Assembly: GCA_050298055.1 (NCBI GenBank)
Contig: JBNKTL010000007.1
Location: 46,394-110,393, forward strand
DNA length: 64,000 nt
Direction: 5' to 3'
Source: Spirochaetota bacterium
Lineage (GTDB): Bacteria; Spirochaetota; UBA4802; UBA5550
The position numbers and the translations under genes are program-made. Below the pieces are notes generated by a model. It was not told where the DNA came from, did no database searches, and worked only from the letters and a program-made list of their open reading frames with translations. Each line of letters opens with the position of its first letter. Within the stretch, counting starts at the first letter, position 1. Shown here piece by piece: positions 1 through 11,109 of this stretch.

Positions 1-399
1 ATTGAAAAGCTTGACGGCCTTAACGAAAAGAACTGTGATGAGGTCCTGTCACAGGCATATGATATTGTTCTCAACGGTGTGGAAATCGGCGGGGGGTCCA
101 TAAGGATCAGCGATCCCCGGCTGCAGGCAAAAATATTCAGTCTCCTGAATATACCCGATGATGAGGCCAATGATAAATTTTCCTTTCTCCTGGAGGCCCT
201 CCAGTATGGGGCGCCGCCCCACGGAGGAATCGCCCTGGGACTGGACAGGATACTCATGCTTCTCCTGAAAAAGAACTCTATCAGGGACGTCATTCCCTTT
301 CCAAAAACACAGAAGGGGCAGTGTCTCATGAGCCATGCGCCCTCACCGGTCTCAGGAGAGCAGTTAAAGGAGCTCTCAATAAAAGTCGTTGAGAAATAG
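1..399 (+). CDS. aspS: Aspartate--tRNA ligase, C-terminal part (5' truncated by window)
   Basis: Frame open from window start: ..[43 protein letters not shown], class II motif 3 region of AspRS. Confidence 0.96.
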   Translation: MEKLDGLNEKNCDEVLSQAYDIVLNGVEIGGGSIRISDPRLQAKIFSLLNIPDDEANDKFSFLLEALQYGAPPHGGIALGLDRILMLLLKKNSIRDVIPFPKTQKGQCLMSHAPSPVSGEQLKELSIKVVEK

Positions 400-401
400 G
401 C

Positions 402-1373
402 ATGATTGAAAGCACATTTGAAACAGATGATACCTCTATTTACAGAAAAATCTGCGGAAGCAATGATTCGAATATCAGGAAGATTGAAAAATTAATTAAT
501 GTCACAATTATTCCCCGGGGAAATACGCTGATTATCAAGGCCGATAAAAGCAGGAATGAAAAGGCGGTAAAGCTTCTTCACATTATGAGCGACTATCTCA
601 TCAACGCGGACGGAAACTATGAGTTTAATGATTTTGACCTGCGTTACCTCTCAAAATCTGTTTTGTCCGGGATCAGCCTGAAGCCGGACGAACTCAACCG
701 CTTAAAGATCACCATCCAGGAGACTGGGAAGATCATAATACCCAGGACATATAACCAGGGGAGGTATATGTCATCGGTCCAGAAAGACCCGGTTACCTTC
801 GGGATCGGTCCCGCCGGTACGGGAAAAACCTTTCTGGCGGTGGTCCTTGCCATGGATTTTTTTCAGAAGGGGAAAATAGAGAAGATCATCCTGACCCGGC
901 CGGCAGTTGAGGCCGGTGAAAGCCTCGGTTACCTTCCCGGTGACCTGAAACAGAAGATCAACCCCTATCTGCGCCCCCTCTATGACGCTCTCTTTGACCT
1001 GATCACCTATGAAAAAATGACAAAGCTCATGGAGAGGGAACAGATCGAGATCGCTCCCCTGGCATATATGAGGGGAAGAACACTGAATAACGCATTTATT
1101 ATCCTTGACGAGGCACAGAATACAACGCATACTCAGATGAAAATGTTTCTGACCAGGCTCGGCAGCAATTCAAAGATGGTTGTGACGGGAGATGTTACGC
1201 AGATCGACCTTGCCAGCCCGGGAAAATCGGGACTTCTTCATGCGAAGAAAATACTGGGTAACATCGACGGGATCGGTTTCACATATTTCACAAAGGATGA
1301 TATATCGAGACATCCTGTAGTGGAGAAAATAGTATCCGCATACGAAAGGAAAACTGCCGATAAAAATAAATAA
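402..1373 (+). CDS. phoH: PhoH family ATPase
   Basis: GPAGTGKT Walker A, TRPAVEAGESLGYLPG, AYMRGRTL, ILDEAQN. Confidence 0.96.
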   Translation: MIESTFETDDTSIYRKICGSNDSNIRKIEKLINVTIIPRGNTLIIKADKSRNEKAVKLLHIMSDYLINADGNYEFNDFDLRYLSKSVLSGISLKPDELNRLKITIQETGKIIIPRTYNQGRYMSSVQKDPVTFGIGPAGTGKTFLAVVLAMDFFQKGKIEKIILTRPAVEAGESLGYLPGDLKQKINPYLRPLYDALFDLITYEKMTKLMEREQIEIAPLAYMRGRTLNNAFIILDEAQNTTHTQMKMFLTRLGSNSKMVVTGDVTQIDLASPGKSGLLHAKKILGNIDGIGFTYFTKDDISRHPVVEKIVSAYERKTADKNK

Positions 1374-3670
1374 TGAAACACTATATCAGAAAGTTATCCG
1401 GCAATGTTGCCACCATGGTAAAAGATCCCAATATACGGTTTTCCTTCGTGGGGATGATCCTGGTAGCAATGATATCCACACAGCTCCTCTCCATCAATAT
1501 CATCGGAGACACCTACCAGTACAATATCGGTGACATCTCACATGATGACATCAAAGTCCTGAAAGAGATCCACTACAGGAATGAGCAGGAGACTGACATG
1601 GCCAAGAAAAAGGCCGCGGAGACTGTCCCCCTCGTTTTTGACAAAGACACATCCATACTCCACGACAGGCTCAAACAAACAGGCATTCTCTTCAAGAATA
1701 TCGCCATCACACTGGAACAGAACCCTCCCCTGGGGACCGATGACCTGACTTTTCAGATATATTCCCTTAAATCAAAACTGCCCCACTTTATGAATTACAG
1801 CGACGAGGTTTTGACACAGCTCTTGCGGTACGGGAAACCCGAATATCTTAAGAAGATCGTTTACAAGATCCTGATATATATCTATGACAACAATGAGGTC
1901 GGCCTCATTGAAAAAGATTTTGAAAATCCTCCCGATATTGAGACAGAAAATATATCCATAAGGATTATCAGCAACACCGAAGAAACACCGGAAGAAATTT
2001 CACGAACCGTTCACGTCCTTGATTCGGTTGAATCTGTCAGCAGGAGAATCAATAAAATCTGCTATTCAATCGCGCCAAACCTTCCCAGGGAAGTACTCAA
2101 CTCCATAACAACAATCGTACGGAAAAACACCAGGGCAAACATTGTTTTCAACGAAGAAGAAACACGGCGAAGGATAAACGAAAAGGTCATCTCCGTAAAA
2201 CCCGTAATGGGCATTCTCAAGAGAGGACAGACCATTGCCCGGGAAGGCGATACAATCACAAATGAAATATTCAACAAGATAAAAATTTTGAACAGGCAGG
2301 CAGCTTCATCCAACATAGGTTATATGCTTGGGCTGTTTTTGCTTCAGGTTATCTTTCTTGTGATCTTCGGATATTTCATTCTTAACTTCAGGACCTACTT
2401 CATATCGGACAAGGAGACATCCCTGACCATATTCTCCGTGCTGGTCCTTTTCATGGTCTATGCGTTTTTCCTAAACAGGTCCCGGCCGAGTATGATTACC
2501 GATTTCAATTTTGTCCTTTTTCTTCCCATACCATTTGTGACCATGATTCTTTCGATTCTTTACAATATTTACCTGGCCATGCTCGTAGGAATCTATATCA
2601 TCTTTTTCACAACGGTTATATGCGGCGGAGGGATATCCATTATTATCCTTGCATTCAGTTCGGCAATTCTCGGTGTTTTTGTAAACGGCGAGGTGGAGAA
2701 AAGAACAGATATAATCCGCGGCGGGTTTATCCTTGGTTTTGTGAACTCAATAGTCATTGTCACAATCGGTTTGATGAAAGGAATGCCTCTTATACATTCA
2801 ATGAAAAATATCCATATAGCCTTTGCCAGCGGGATCATAAATTCAATCCTGGTACTGGGCATCTTTCCGCTCTATGAAAGTATTTTCGGAATTACCACCA
2901 GGTTCAAACTGTTTGAGCTGGCGGACCTGAACGCGAAAATATTTAAAAAGATGCTTGTGGATGCCCCGGGGACCTACAATCACTCACTTATCGTATCAAC
3001 AATGTCAGAAGCAGCATGCACGGATATCGGGGCAAACCATATGCTGGCTCGTGTAGGTGCCTATTACCACGATATCGGGAAGATTGATGACGCGGGAATC
3101 TACATTGAGAATAAGGTAACCGATCCGAAAGCGAAAGAGCTCTCTTCAACCGAATACTCCCGGCTTATTATCGAACATGTTGAAAAAGGAGTAGCCCTGG
3201 CAAAGAAGAACAGTCTTCCCGAAACAATTATCCAGTTCATAAAAGAGCACCATGGAACCAGTATAATGACATATTTTTATCACCAGGCCCTTGAACAGGC
3301 CGCAGAATCAGATATCCACGAAGAGATCAAACGGGAAGATTTCCAGTATCCCGGTCCGAAACCTCACTCCCGGGAGACCGCAGTGGTCATGCTTGCCGAT
3401 TCCATAGAGGCCGCATCACGAACTCTGCAGAACCCCGACCGGATATCCCTTGAAGGAATGGTGAGAAAGATAATATACAATAAGCTGAACGAGGGGGAAC
3501 TGGAGCACTCGGGCCTCTCCATCTCTGACCTTGACCGGATACAGAAGGCATTCCTGAGGATCCTGAACGGGATCTTCCATACACGAATTGAATACCCTGA
3601 AGCAGATAAAGTGATTGAACTGGAAAAAAGAGTTTTACAGAACGGAAGATCTGCTGATGGGAAAGGCTGA
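1373..3670 (+). CDS. 7TM-HDIG metal-dependent phosphohydrolase (PgpH-like, putative cyclic-dinucleotide phosphodiesterase)
   Basis: Large extracytoplasmic domain, ~7 TM helices, APGTYNHS / YYHDIGK / EHHGT / VMLADS; conserved phoH-HD-ybeY order. Confidence 0.88.
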   Translation: MKHYIRKLSGNVATMVKDPNIRFSFVGMILVAMISTQLLSINIIGDTYQYNIGDISHDDIKVLKEIHYRNEQETDMAKKKAAETVPLVFDKDTSILHDRLKQTGILFKNIAITLEQNPPLGTDDLTFQIYSLKSKLPHFMNYSDEVLTQLLRYGKPEYLKKIVYKILIYIYDNNEVGLIEKDFENPPDIETENISIRIISNTEETPEEISRTVHVLDSVESVSRRINKICYSIAPNLPREVLNSITTIVRKNTRANIVFNEEETRRRINEKVISVKPVMGILKRGQTIAREGDTITNEIFNKIKILNRQAASSNIGYMLGLFLLQVIFLVIFGYFILNFRTYFISDKETSLTIFSVLVLFMVYAFFLNRSRPSMITDFNFVLFLPIPFVTMILSILYNIYLAMLVGIYIIFFTTVICGGGISIIILAFSSAILGVFVNGEVEKRTDIIRGGFILGFVNSIVIVTIGLMKGMPLIHSMKNIHIAFASGIINSILVLGIFPLYESIFGITTRFKLFELADLNAKIFKKMLVDAPGTYNHSLIVSTMSEAACTDIGANHMLARVGAYYHDIGKIDDAGIYIENKVTDPKAKELSSTEYSRLIIEHVEKGVALAKKNSLPETIIQFIKEHHGTSIMTYFYHQALEQAAESDIHEEIKREDFQYPGPKPHSRETAVVMLADSIEAASRTLQNPDRISLEGMVRKIIYNKLNEGELEHSGLSISDLDRIQKAFLRILNGIFHTRIEYPEADKVIELEKRVLQNGRSADGKG

Positions 3671-4139
3671 TAACGAAAAACCCGCTGTTAAAGTTTTTAC
3701 CGAAGGGAACATTAAACTCCCCCGTGGCGAAGTAACTTCAGGCCTCTTAGCCGAAATATCAGAAAAAACACTCCGTTACCTCAAACTGAATAATGTCAAT
3801 CTATCGGTAATTGTAACTGATAACTCTTCTATTAAGGATATCAATAACCAGTACAGGGGAAAAGACAGGCCTACGGATGTTATAAGCTTTGCCTACAGGG
3901 AAGATCCCTTTCCGGAAATTGGAACGGAGAGAGAGGAACTGGGGGATATCTATATCTCTATGGAAAGGGCCGGCGAGCAGGCCGGTGATTATGGAAATGA
4001 CCTTCAGGGTGAAATGAAACGGCTCCTTGTACACGGGATACTTCACCTGGCGGGCTACGACCACGAGAAAGGGGATGATGAAGCGGAAAAGATGGAATCT
4101 CTTGAAGAGGAAATTTTAAATAGTATTGGGAAGGATTAG
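3657..4139 (+). CDS. ybeY: rRNA maturation endoribonuclease YbeY
   Basis: PTDVISF, LGDIYIS, HGILHLAGYDH zinc motif; start moved to ATG 3657. Confidence 0.94.
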   Translation: MGKADNEKPAVKVFTEGNIKLPRGEVTSGLLAEISEKTLRYLKLNNVNLSVIVTDNSSIKDINNQYRGKDRPTDVISFAYREDPFPEIGTEREELGDIYISMERAGEQAGDYGNDLQGEMKRLLVHGILHLAGYDHEKGDDEAEKMESLEEEILNSIGKD

Positions 4140-4145
4140 AAGAGT

Positions 4146-4176
4146 TGCCACGGATTTACACGGATGAGAACGGATT
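4146..4176 (+). repeat. Short triple repeat TTGCC-ACGGAT x3
   Basis: ttgccACGGATttacACGGATgagaACGGAT in the ybeY-tilS spacer, period 10. Confidence 0.6.
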
Positions 4177-4194
4177 ATATATAATTACGTAAAG

Positions 4195-5607
4195 ATGACT
4201 GTTTCCCTTGACATATACAACAGAGTAAAGGACTTCATAACCGGTAAATCACTGATACTGCCGGGCGAGAAGGTCCTGCTTTCACTCTCCGCGGGGAAGG
4301 ATTCCATTGCTATGCTTCACCTTATGATTAAAATGAGGGAAGAACTCGGTTTTCATATATCGGTATTCCACCTGAACCATATGATGAGGGGTGATGAATC
4401 GGACAGGGATGAAGTTCATGTGAGAAACCTTGCAGAGGAATACGGACTGAAATGTCATGTGAAATCATATGATTTTTTACCGGGTAAAAACAGGATGTCA
4501 TTTGAAGAGCATGCACGGGAAGTCAGGTACAGGTTCCTGGAGGAGACCGCAAATATCAACACCTACCACCGGATCGCCACCGCGCACAGTCTCGATGACC
4601 ATATCGAGACATTGATCATGAGACTCTTTACTGGTACCGGGATCTACGGCCTGAGGGGTATCCCCTTTGTCCGGGGAAAGATCATAAGACCGCTCATCAG
4701 GATAAAAACCCGCGAAATCTACGCCTACCTTGAAGAAAACAATCTCTCATGGAGGGAAGACAGCTCTAACAGGGAGATGAATATCCTGAGAAATAATATC
4801 CGTAAAAACCTGGTCCCGGCCATAGAGAGTATCTTTCCCGCTTATGACAGCGCCCTGGAAAGACTTTCGGAACAGGCAGAGGAGAACAATGAACTTCTGG
4901 AAGAATTTTTTTCTCAAAGTTATAAGGAGATCATTGATATTGAAAATGGTGATATCTTCGTGAGAATCAATGAATTTAACGGGAATGATATATTTCTCAA
5001 ATATATCATTTCGTATGTGCTGAGAAAGTACTTTAACGAGTTCCCCTCCTCGGGCATGCTCAATGAGGCAGTGAGAAACATAAACAGAAACCGTTCGCAT
5101 CTTCCGGTCTATTCAAATGAGAGGGTGTCCATAAAAAAGCTCATCCGGAACCGTGGAGAGATGATCTCCTTTACTCCGGGAAACAAAACAGAAGAGGCAG
5201 TTGGAGAGTGGGAGTATGTGATTCAAATTGGAAATAAGCTGCAACTGGAGATAAAAGAAACGGGAGATATCCTGGAAATTGATACTATTGATTACGATTA
5301 TTATAAAAAAAACCGCAACAGGAGTAATATTTTTGTAGCCATTGACACCGGAATGTGTTCTATTACTATCAGGAACAGGCGGGATGGAGATAGAATGATG
5401 CTCGGCTATGGTTCGAAAAAAATTAAGGATATATTAATTGAAAAGAAGCTTGACAATGTAAGTAAGAATTGTGTTCCTCTCATTATCATAAATTCATCTG
5501 TTGCAGCATGTTTAACGGGTATTGTAAATGGTCACAAGAATGTTGTGGCTGCCAATTATCTTGTAACAGATAAATCTGAAAGAATTCTTTTAATTCGAAG
5601 AATTTAA
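4195..5607 (+). CDS. tilS: tRNA(Ile)-lysidine synthetase
   Basis: PP-loop SAGKDS, HLNHMMRG, ATAHSLDD, IRPL, WREDSSN; upstream of ftsH. Confidence 0.94.
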   Translation: MTVSLDIYNRVKDFITGKSLILPGEKVLLSLSAGKDSIAMLHLMIKMREELGFHISVFHLNHMMRGDESDRDEVHVRNLAEEYGLKCHVKSYDFLPGKNRMSFEEHAREVRYRFLEETANINTYHRIATAHSLDDHIETLIMRLFTGTGIYGLRGIPFVRGKIIRPLIRIKTREIYAYLEENNLSWREDSSNREMNILRNNIRKNLVPAIESIFPAYDSALERLSEQAEENNELLEEFFSQSYKEIIDIENGDIFVRINEFNGNDIFLKYIISYVLRKYFNEFPSSGMLNEAVRNINRNRSHLPVYSNERVSIKKLIRNRGEMISFTPGNKTEEAVGEWEYVIQIGNKLQLEIKETGDILEIDTIDYDYYKKNRNRSNIFVAIDTGMCSITIRNRRDGDRMMLGYGSKKIKDILIEKKLDNVSKNCVPLIIINSSVAACLTGIVNGHKNVVAANYLVTDKSERILLIRRI

Positions 5608-5695
5608 ACGACAATTCGAAAAATCTGCTGTTAAAAAATTCTTTATTCTATGTGCAGATTCCTTTATATTGTACTATTATAATCGGGAGTAAAAA

Positions 5696-7624
5696 ATGAA
5701 TAAAACTTTTAAACAGATAGCGCTGTTTATGCTCATTGGACTTATCATTCTGGCAATTTCCCAGGTTAACCAGAAAGGATTTGATCCCCGTGGCCTTAAC
5801 TACAGCGATTTTGTTCTTAAAGTAAAAGACAAAAAGGTATTTAAAGTTGTAATTGAAGACAATAAGAAGATATACGGCTTCTATAAAAAAGGTGCAATTC
5901 TGGAAGGGACCGAAAAACCTGAAGCAGGGAAGAAACAGAAAGATGACAACTACGACTTCTGGACTTCAATACCCTATGAAGATTCGGGTCTTATCAACCT
6001 TCTGCTGGTTAACAATGTTATTGTAGAAGGGAAGGACAACGAAGAGAACTTTATTCTGAAAGGGCTCATCAGTTTCCTCCCCTGGCTGCTTTTTTTCGGG
6101 TTCATCTGGTTTATCATGATTCGACAGATCCAGTCAACAGGCAACAAGGCGCTTTCTTTCGGAAAGAGCAAGGCGAAGCTTAATCCCGAAACCAGGAAAA
6201 AAGTCACCTTTGAGGATGTTGCCGGTGTTGAAGAGGCAAAGGAAGAACTTGAAGAAGTTATTGAATTCCTCAAGGACCCGAAAAAATTTATCAATATCGG
6301 AGCAAAGATCCCCACAGGTGTTCTCCTCATGGGCCCTCCGGGAACAGGGAAGACACTCCTTGCGCGGGCAATTGCAGGTGAAGCGGATGTGCCCTTTTTC
6401 TCCATTAGCGGTTCCGATTTTGTTGAGATGTTTGTGGGTGTGGGAGCATCACGGGTAAGGGACCTCTTTGACCAGGGGAAGAAAAATGCCCCCTGTATCG
6501 TCTTTATTGACGAAATCGACGCAGTGGGAAGACTGCGGGGCGCGGGACTGGGCGGCGGACATGATGAAAGAGAGCAGACACTCAACCAGCTCCTTGTCGA
6601 GATGGACGGATTTGAAACCAATGAGGGAGTCATCATAATTGCCGCCACAAACAGGCCGGATGTTCTTGACCCGGCATTGCTCCGACCGGGAAGGTTTGAC
6701 AGGCAGGTTATTGTTGATACACCCGATATCAAGGGAAGAGAGAAGATACTCGCTGTCCACTCGCGAAAAATACCTCTTTCCAAGGATGTTGACCTTAAGA
6801 TCATTGCAAGGGGTACGCCCGGTTTTACCGGTGCTGACCTGGCAAACCTGGTCAATGAGGCCGCTCTTCTTGCTGCCAGGTATAATAAAAAAAGGGTCAC
6901 CATGCCTGATATGGAACTGGCAAAAGACAAGGTCCTTATGGGACCTGAAAGACGGTCAATGCTTATCTCCGATGAGGAAAAAAAGATTATTGCCTACCAT
7001 GAGGCCGGTCATACTATTCTGGGAATTGTAACCGGCTCCGACCCGGTCCACAAGGTGACTATAATCCCCAGGGGACGGGCACTGGGACTTACCATGCAGC
7101 TTCCCACTGAAGAGAAGCATATTCACTCAAGAAAGCACTGGCTGGACCAGATCAAGATCCTCTTCGGAGGCTACCTTGCAGAAAAGATAAAGTTCAACGA
7201 ACTCACCACCGGTTCGGGGAACGACCTGGAGAGGGCCTCTGCAATTGCCCGGAAGATGGTCTGCGAATGGGGAATGAGCGACAGGCTGGGACCAACAACA
7301 TACGGAAAGTCCAACGAACAGATTTTCCTTGGCAGGGAGATTTCTCAGCACCGCGATTACAGCGAATCCACGGCACAGCTTATCGATGAAGAAGTAAGCA
7401 GGATACTGGATGAATGTATGAAAGACGCCGAAAAAAATCTCAAAAAAAATATGGATAAATTCGAGAACATTGCTAAAAATCTCATCGAGCGTGAGACACT
7501 TGACGCCGAAGAGATCAGGCTCGTCATGGAGAATGAGCCGCTTCCTCCCCTGAATAACAATGTCAAGGATAAACCGGCAAAAGAAAAATCCAAACCGGTT
7601 AAGGAAAATAGTGTGGCAGAATAA
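5696..7624 (+). CDS. ftsH: ATP-dependent zinc metalloprotease FtsH
   Basis: Two TM helices, [30 protein letters not shown]. Confidence 0.98.
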   Translation: MNKTFKQIALFMLIGLIILAISQVNQKGFDPRGLNYSDFVLKVKDKKVFKVVIEDNKKIYGFYKKGAILEGTEKPEAGKKQKDDNYDFWTSIPYEDSGLINLLLVNNVIVEGKDNEENFILKGLISFLPWLLFFGFIWFIMIRQIQSTGNKALSFGKSKAKLNPETRKKVTFEDVAGVEEAKEELEEVIEFLKDPKKFINIGAKIPTGVLLMGPPGTGKTLLARAIAGEADVPFFSISGSDFVEMFVGVGASRVRDLFDQGKKNAPCIVFIDEIDAVGRLRGAGLGGGHDEREQTLNQLLVEMDGFETNEGVIIIAATNRPDVLDPALLRPGRFDRQVIVDTPDIKGREKILAVHSRKIPLSKDVDLKIIARGTPGFTGADLANLVNEAALLAARYNKKRVTMPDMELAKDKVLMGPERRSMLISDEEKKIIAYHEAGHTILGIVTGSDPVHKVTIIPRGRALGLTMQLPTEEKHIHSRKHWLDQIKILFGGYLAEKIKFNELTTGSGNDLERASAIARKMVCEWGMSDRLGPTTYGKSNEQIFLGREISQHRDYSESTAQLIDEEVSRILDECMKDAEKNLKKNMDKFENIAKNLIERETLDAEEIRLVMENEPLPPLNNNVKDKPAKEKSKPVKENSVAE

Positions 7625-7635
7625 TCCGGTGTGCC

Positions 7636-8673
7636 GTGGAATCAGAATTTGATATAGACAAAATTCTCTCTGAAATCGACGATGATGAGAAGAATGAAAT
7701 TTCTGATATAGGAAGTGACGATGCTGTCACTGATACTGCCGGTAATGATAATTTTACCCGGGAAAGTGAACCCGGTGAAGAAACAGAAGAACCGGTTCCC
7801 GGCGAAGATGATGAGACTCTCCCCGGTTCAGCAGGAGGGGAGAGTCAGATCAACCGCACAGATACAGAAAATGACAGAGAAGAGAGTGATCTTCAGGATG
7901 AAATAAATTTTGAAGAAATACATCTTTCAGAAGAGAAGCCAGCCGCCAATCAAAAAGATGATTACGGTTTTACCCTCAAAGGGACAAAATCGTGGAATAC
8001 AAGAGAACCCTATCTCATTACAATAAGCCATGACAGGCTGACATTGCACGAAGATTATTTCTCCGGAGCGTTTTTTTTCATCAGTGAAGATATTGATGAA
8101 GAAACAATAAAAAATGAAATTAAACGCTCCTTTGCGGGATTTATGAGAAATCCCGCGAAGAATATCTCTGAAGATTATAAAGAGTTTATTTTCAAACTGA
8201 TAATTTATGAGAGTGATTTGATAACCCGCTTTTTCAACATCCCCGCTGAAAAAAAAGATATCTTTATCTACCATATCGGTCCTTCAACCATGCATAAAAT
8301 TGTAATCGCTAAATTTAAAAAGAAGATGGGTCTTGCTTACAGGTATGATAATGTAAACCGGAGGGCAGTAAGTTTCTTTCCCGACGAATTCATAAAGCTG
8401 AAGGTCCTGGACTGGTACGAAGAGAATATCAACACAAAAGAGCTCCCGTTCGACAGCGCTCAGATTCTTGATGAACTGACAATGATTGTATCTAAAAGTT
8501 ATATGGTAGAGAAAAAAAAGTTCGCCAGAAAACTTGATAAAATCAATTACCGGCTGGGACCCGGTAAAAGGATAAGCAGCCAGGAGCTTCTCAGGCTCAA
8601 GGGAGACCAGTGGTTCGGCAGCGGCAGTATTGCCGTGTATAAGAGGTTTTTACAAAAGACTATTTTTATGTAA
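7636..8673 (+). CDS. Hypothetical protein with acidic, probably disordered N-terminus
   Basis: 345-aa ORF 11 bp after ftsH; first ~100 aa D/E-rich; no recognised motif. Confidence 0.7.
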   Translation: MESEFDIDKILSEIDDDEKNEISDIGSDDAVTDTAGNDNFTRESEPGEETEEPVPGEDDETLPGSAGGESQINRTDTENDREESDLQDEINFEEIHLSEEKPAANQKDDYGFTLKGTKSWNTREPYLITISHDRLTLHEDYFSGAFFFISEDIDEETIKNEIKRSFAGFMRNPAKNISEDYKEFIFKLIIYESDLITRFFNIPAEKKDIFIYHIGPSTMHKIVIAKFKKKMGLAYRYDNVNRRAVSFFPDEFIKLKVLDWYEENINTKELPFDSAQILDELTMIVSKSYMVEKKKFARKLDKINYRLGPGKRISSQELLRLKGDQWFGSGSIAVYKRFLQKTIFM

Positions 8674-8688
8674 AAAAATATTTATATT

Positions 8689-10782
8689 TTATGAGAGGAT
8701 GGAGAGAATTCTTTTCTCCTCTATCCAGTTCATGAATTCATCCCGTTTATAATCCTTCAATTCCTGGAACTTTCTCTCAAGATCAACAATACTCTTAACC
8801 GCATTTATAGCTTCCTCTCTTGCCCCCCGGATTATATCCATGTCATTGAGAAGATCCGTGAACCGAAAATCCGCTGAATGCCCATGCTGTTTTGTTCCCA
8901 TGATCTGCCCGGCACCCCTTAACCTCAGGTCTTCCTCTGAAATCCTGAATCCATCATCACTCTTCTCGATTGTCCTGATACGCTTTTTTCCCTCCTCGGA
9001 GAGATCATCAGGATATATAAGGACACAGAAAGACTGGCTCTCGCCCCTTCCGACCCTTCCCCTGAGCTGGTGAAGCTGGGACAAACCAAATCTCTCGGAA
9101 TGTTCAATAATAATCACGTTTGCATTGGGAACATCAATACCAACTTCTATGACAGTTGTAGAAACAAGAATATTTATCTCGTTGCGTACAAAACGACTCA
9201 TAATATCTTCTTTCTGCTCCTGTTTTAACCTGCCGTGGATCAACTCAACACTCCTGTGAGGAAAGACCTCACTGCTGAGCCTGTTGAAGACATCAATGGC
9301 TGACTTGAGGTCGAGTTTCTCCGATTCTTCAATAAGGGGTAGCACATAGTAGACCTGGTTTCCCCTGTTAATATATTTCTCAATGGAATTATAGACTGCT
9401 TTTATCCTCGATTGGGGAAACGAGAGCGTTTTCACAGGGATCCTGTTGGAAGGCTTTGACCTGATAAAGGAGACATCCATATCCCCGTAGATTGTCATGG
9501 AGAGGGACCTGGGGATGGGTGTGGCGGTCATCACCAGGAGATCGGGGTTCTCACCCTTTTCCCTTAAAGCGGCCCTCTGTTCAACGCCAAACCTGTGCTG
9601 CTCATCAACAATAACAAGGCCGAGACTTTCAAAACGGACATCGTCCTGTATCAGCGCATGTGTTCCGATAACAATTTTTAATCTGCCGGATGCCATCTCT
9701 TCAAGGAGAGAATTCCTCTCCTTTTTTGCGGTGCTTCCGGTTAAAAGCCCCACGGTAATATCTTCCGTTATCATACTCCTGAATGTTTGATACTGCTGCC
9801 CGGCAAGGACCTCGGTAGGGGCCATATATGCTACCTGGTATCCGCATCCCAGGGCCAGGAGAGATACCGCTGCGGCAACAGCGGTTTTTCCGGAACCCAC
9901 ATCCCCCTGGAGCAGCCTGTTCATGGGTGTTGGTGAGAGCAGGTCACTTTTTATTTCCTCTATGCATAATGACTGGTCTTCCGTTAACCGGAAGGGAAGG
10001 TTTTCAATAAATTCAGTATAGAGCCCGGGATTATTCAGTGTTGTTTTTTTGTGACTATTTTCGCGGATATATCTCTTTGTCACATGCAGGTAGTACTGGA
10101 GAAAAAAGACCTCGTTGAACGCGAGACGCTTCCTGGCACCTTCGGCTTCTTCAAATGTATCGGGGAAATGAACAGATTTTATTGCGTCCTCAAGTTCCTG
10201 AAGATTATTCCTGGAAATGATATCTTTATCCAGCGGATCAATTATCCTGTGAAGATAATGGTCAATTGCATATTTAATGATCTTTCTGAATCCCCGTGAA
10301 TCGAAGCCGGCATTCTTAAGCTGTTCCGATGACCTGTAGAGAGGTATGATCCTTCCCGTGTTGATCATCTGGAGACGTGATTCATTATCCACAAAGTCAA
10401 AGTCGGGATGGACAATCTGTTTGTCCCGGTAAAAACTTATCTTACCGGAAAAAATAATAAAATCTCCCTCTTGGAATATCTTTCTGAAGAAGTTTACGCC
10501 GCCGAAAAATATCCCTTTCAGGGTATCGCTTCCGTCACTGATAGTGACTTCAAGAAATTTTTTTTTCCTTCCCCCGAGACTGATTTTATCAATGTTCCCT
10601 GAGACCGTTACCGTTTCGTTTATAAAGCAGTCTTTGATCTTTTTAAAGGAAGACCTGTCAATATATCTGCGGGGAATATAATACAGCAGATCTTCGATTG
10701 TCTCTATGCCGGCTTCTTTTTTCAAGACCCCGGTCTTTTTTGGCCCGATCCCCTTTACTGCGGCTACCGAATGATCCTGCAA
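8689..10782 (-). CDS. recG: ATP-dependent DNA helicase RecG
   Basis: KGIGPKK, LQGDVGSGKT, VDEQHRFGV, MTATPIPR, QLRGRVGRG; probable TTG start at 10782 after GGAG. Confidence 0.96.
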   Translation of the reverse strand: MQDHSVAAVKGIGPKKTGVLKKEAGIETIEDLLYYIPRRYIDRSSFKKIKDCFINETVTVSGNIDKISLGGRKKKFLEVTISDGSDTLKGIFFGGVNFFRKIFQEGDFIIFSGKISFYRDKQIVHPDFDFVDNESRLQMINTGRIIPLYRSSEQLKNAGFDSRGFRKIIKYAIDHYLHRIIDPLDKDIISRNNLQELEDAIKSVHFPDTFEEAEGARKRLAFNEVFFLQYYLHVTKRYIRENSHKKTTLNNPGLYTEFIENLPFRLTEDQSLCIEEIKSDLLSPTPMNRLLQGDVGSGKTAVAAAVSLLALGCGYQVAYMAPTEVLAGQQYQTFRSMITEDITVGLLTGSTAKKERNSLLEEMASGRLKIVIGTHALIQDDVRFESLGLVIVDEQHRFGVEQRAALREKGENPDLLVMTATPIPRSLSMTIYGDMDVSFIRSKPSNRIPVKTLSFPQSRIKAVYNSIEKYINRGNQVYYVLPLIEESEKLDLKSAIDVFNRLSSEVFPHRSVELIHGRLKQEQKEDIMSRFVRNEINILVSTTVIEVGIDVPNANVIIIEHSERFGLSQLHQLRGRVGRGESQSFCVLIYPDDLSEEGKKRIRTIEKSDDGFRISEEDLRLRGAGQIMGTKQHGHSADFRFTDLLNDMDIIRGAREEAINAVKSIVDLERKFQELKDYKRDEFMNWIEEKRILSILS

Positions 10783-10783
10783 T

Positions 10784-11092
10784 CTACTCCTCTTCAGCCA
10801 GATACCATACGGAATTAGGGATCTGGACGTACTTGTTCTCCTTTGTGTAGAAGAAAGTGTACTCCCTTCCTTCACTGCCCGATGTTATCTTTTTTACACC
10901 GGTCCACCTCTTAACGATTTTTCCGTCAAACCCAAACACCGTTATAGTGAGGTTCTGACCGGTAAAGGTCTCGATTTTTCTCTTTGTAATATTGCTCTGC
11001 TCATAGGTAAAAAAGTATTTGAAATACACGTAGAGAGCGGCAACACCAAGGATCAAAAGTATAAATAAGAATATCTTGAATCTGGATTTCAT
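10784..11092 (-). CDS. Small hypothetical protein with N-terminal TM anchor
   Basis: 102-aa ORF tightly packed between the ThiF-like gene and recG. Confidence 0.7.
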   Translation of the reverse strand: MKSRFKIFLFILLILGVAALYVYFKYFFTYEQSNITKRKIETFTGQNLTITVFGFDGKIVKRWTGVKKITSGSEGREYTFFYTKENKYVQIPNSVWYLAEEE

Positions 11093-11109
11093 TCTGTTTC
11101 TCCGTTATT

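Noticed and set aside
5974..6930. 318-aa antisense ORF inside ftsH (and similar ones opposite gspD, gspE, gspF and the Zn-ribbon gene)
   Set aside because: Shadow frames of conserved genes with no motifs
10783..10875. Extended N-termini in the ORF track for recG (also argS, trkH, ybeY, gspJ, 24835 and 62811 ORFs)
   Set aside because: They overlap neighbouring genes or repeats; downstream starts fit the RBS position or family length better
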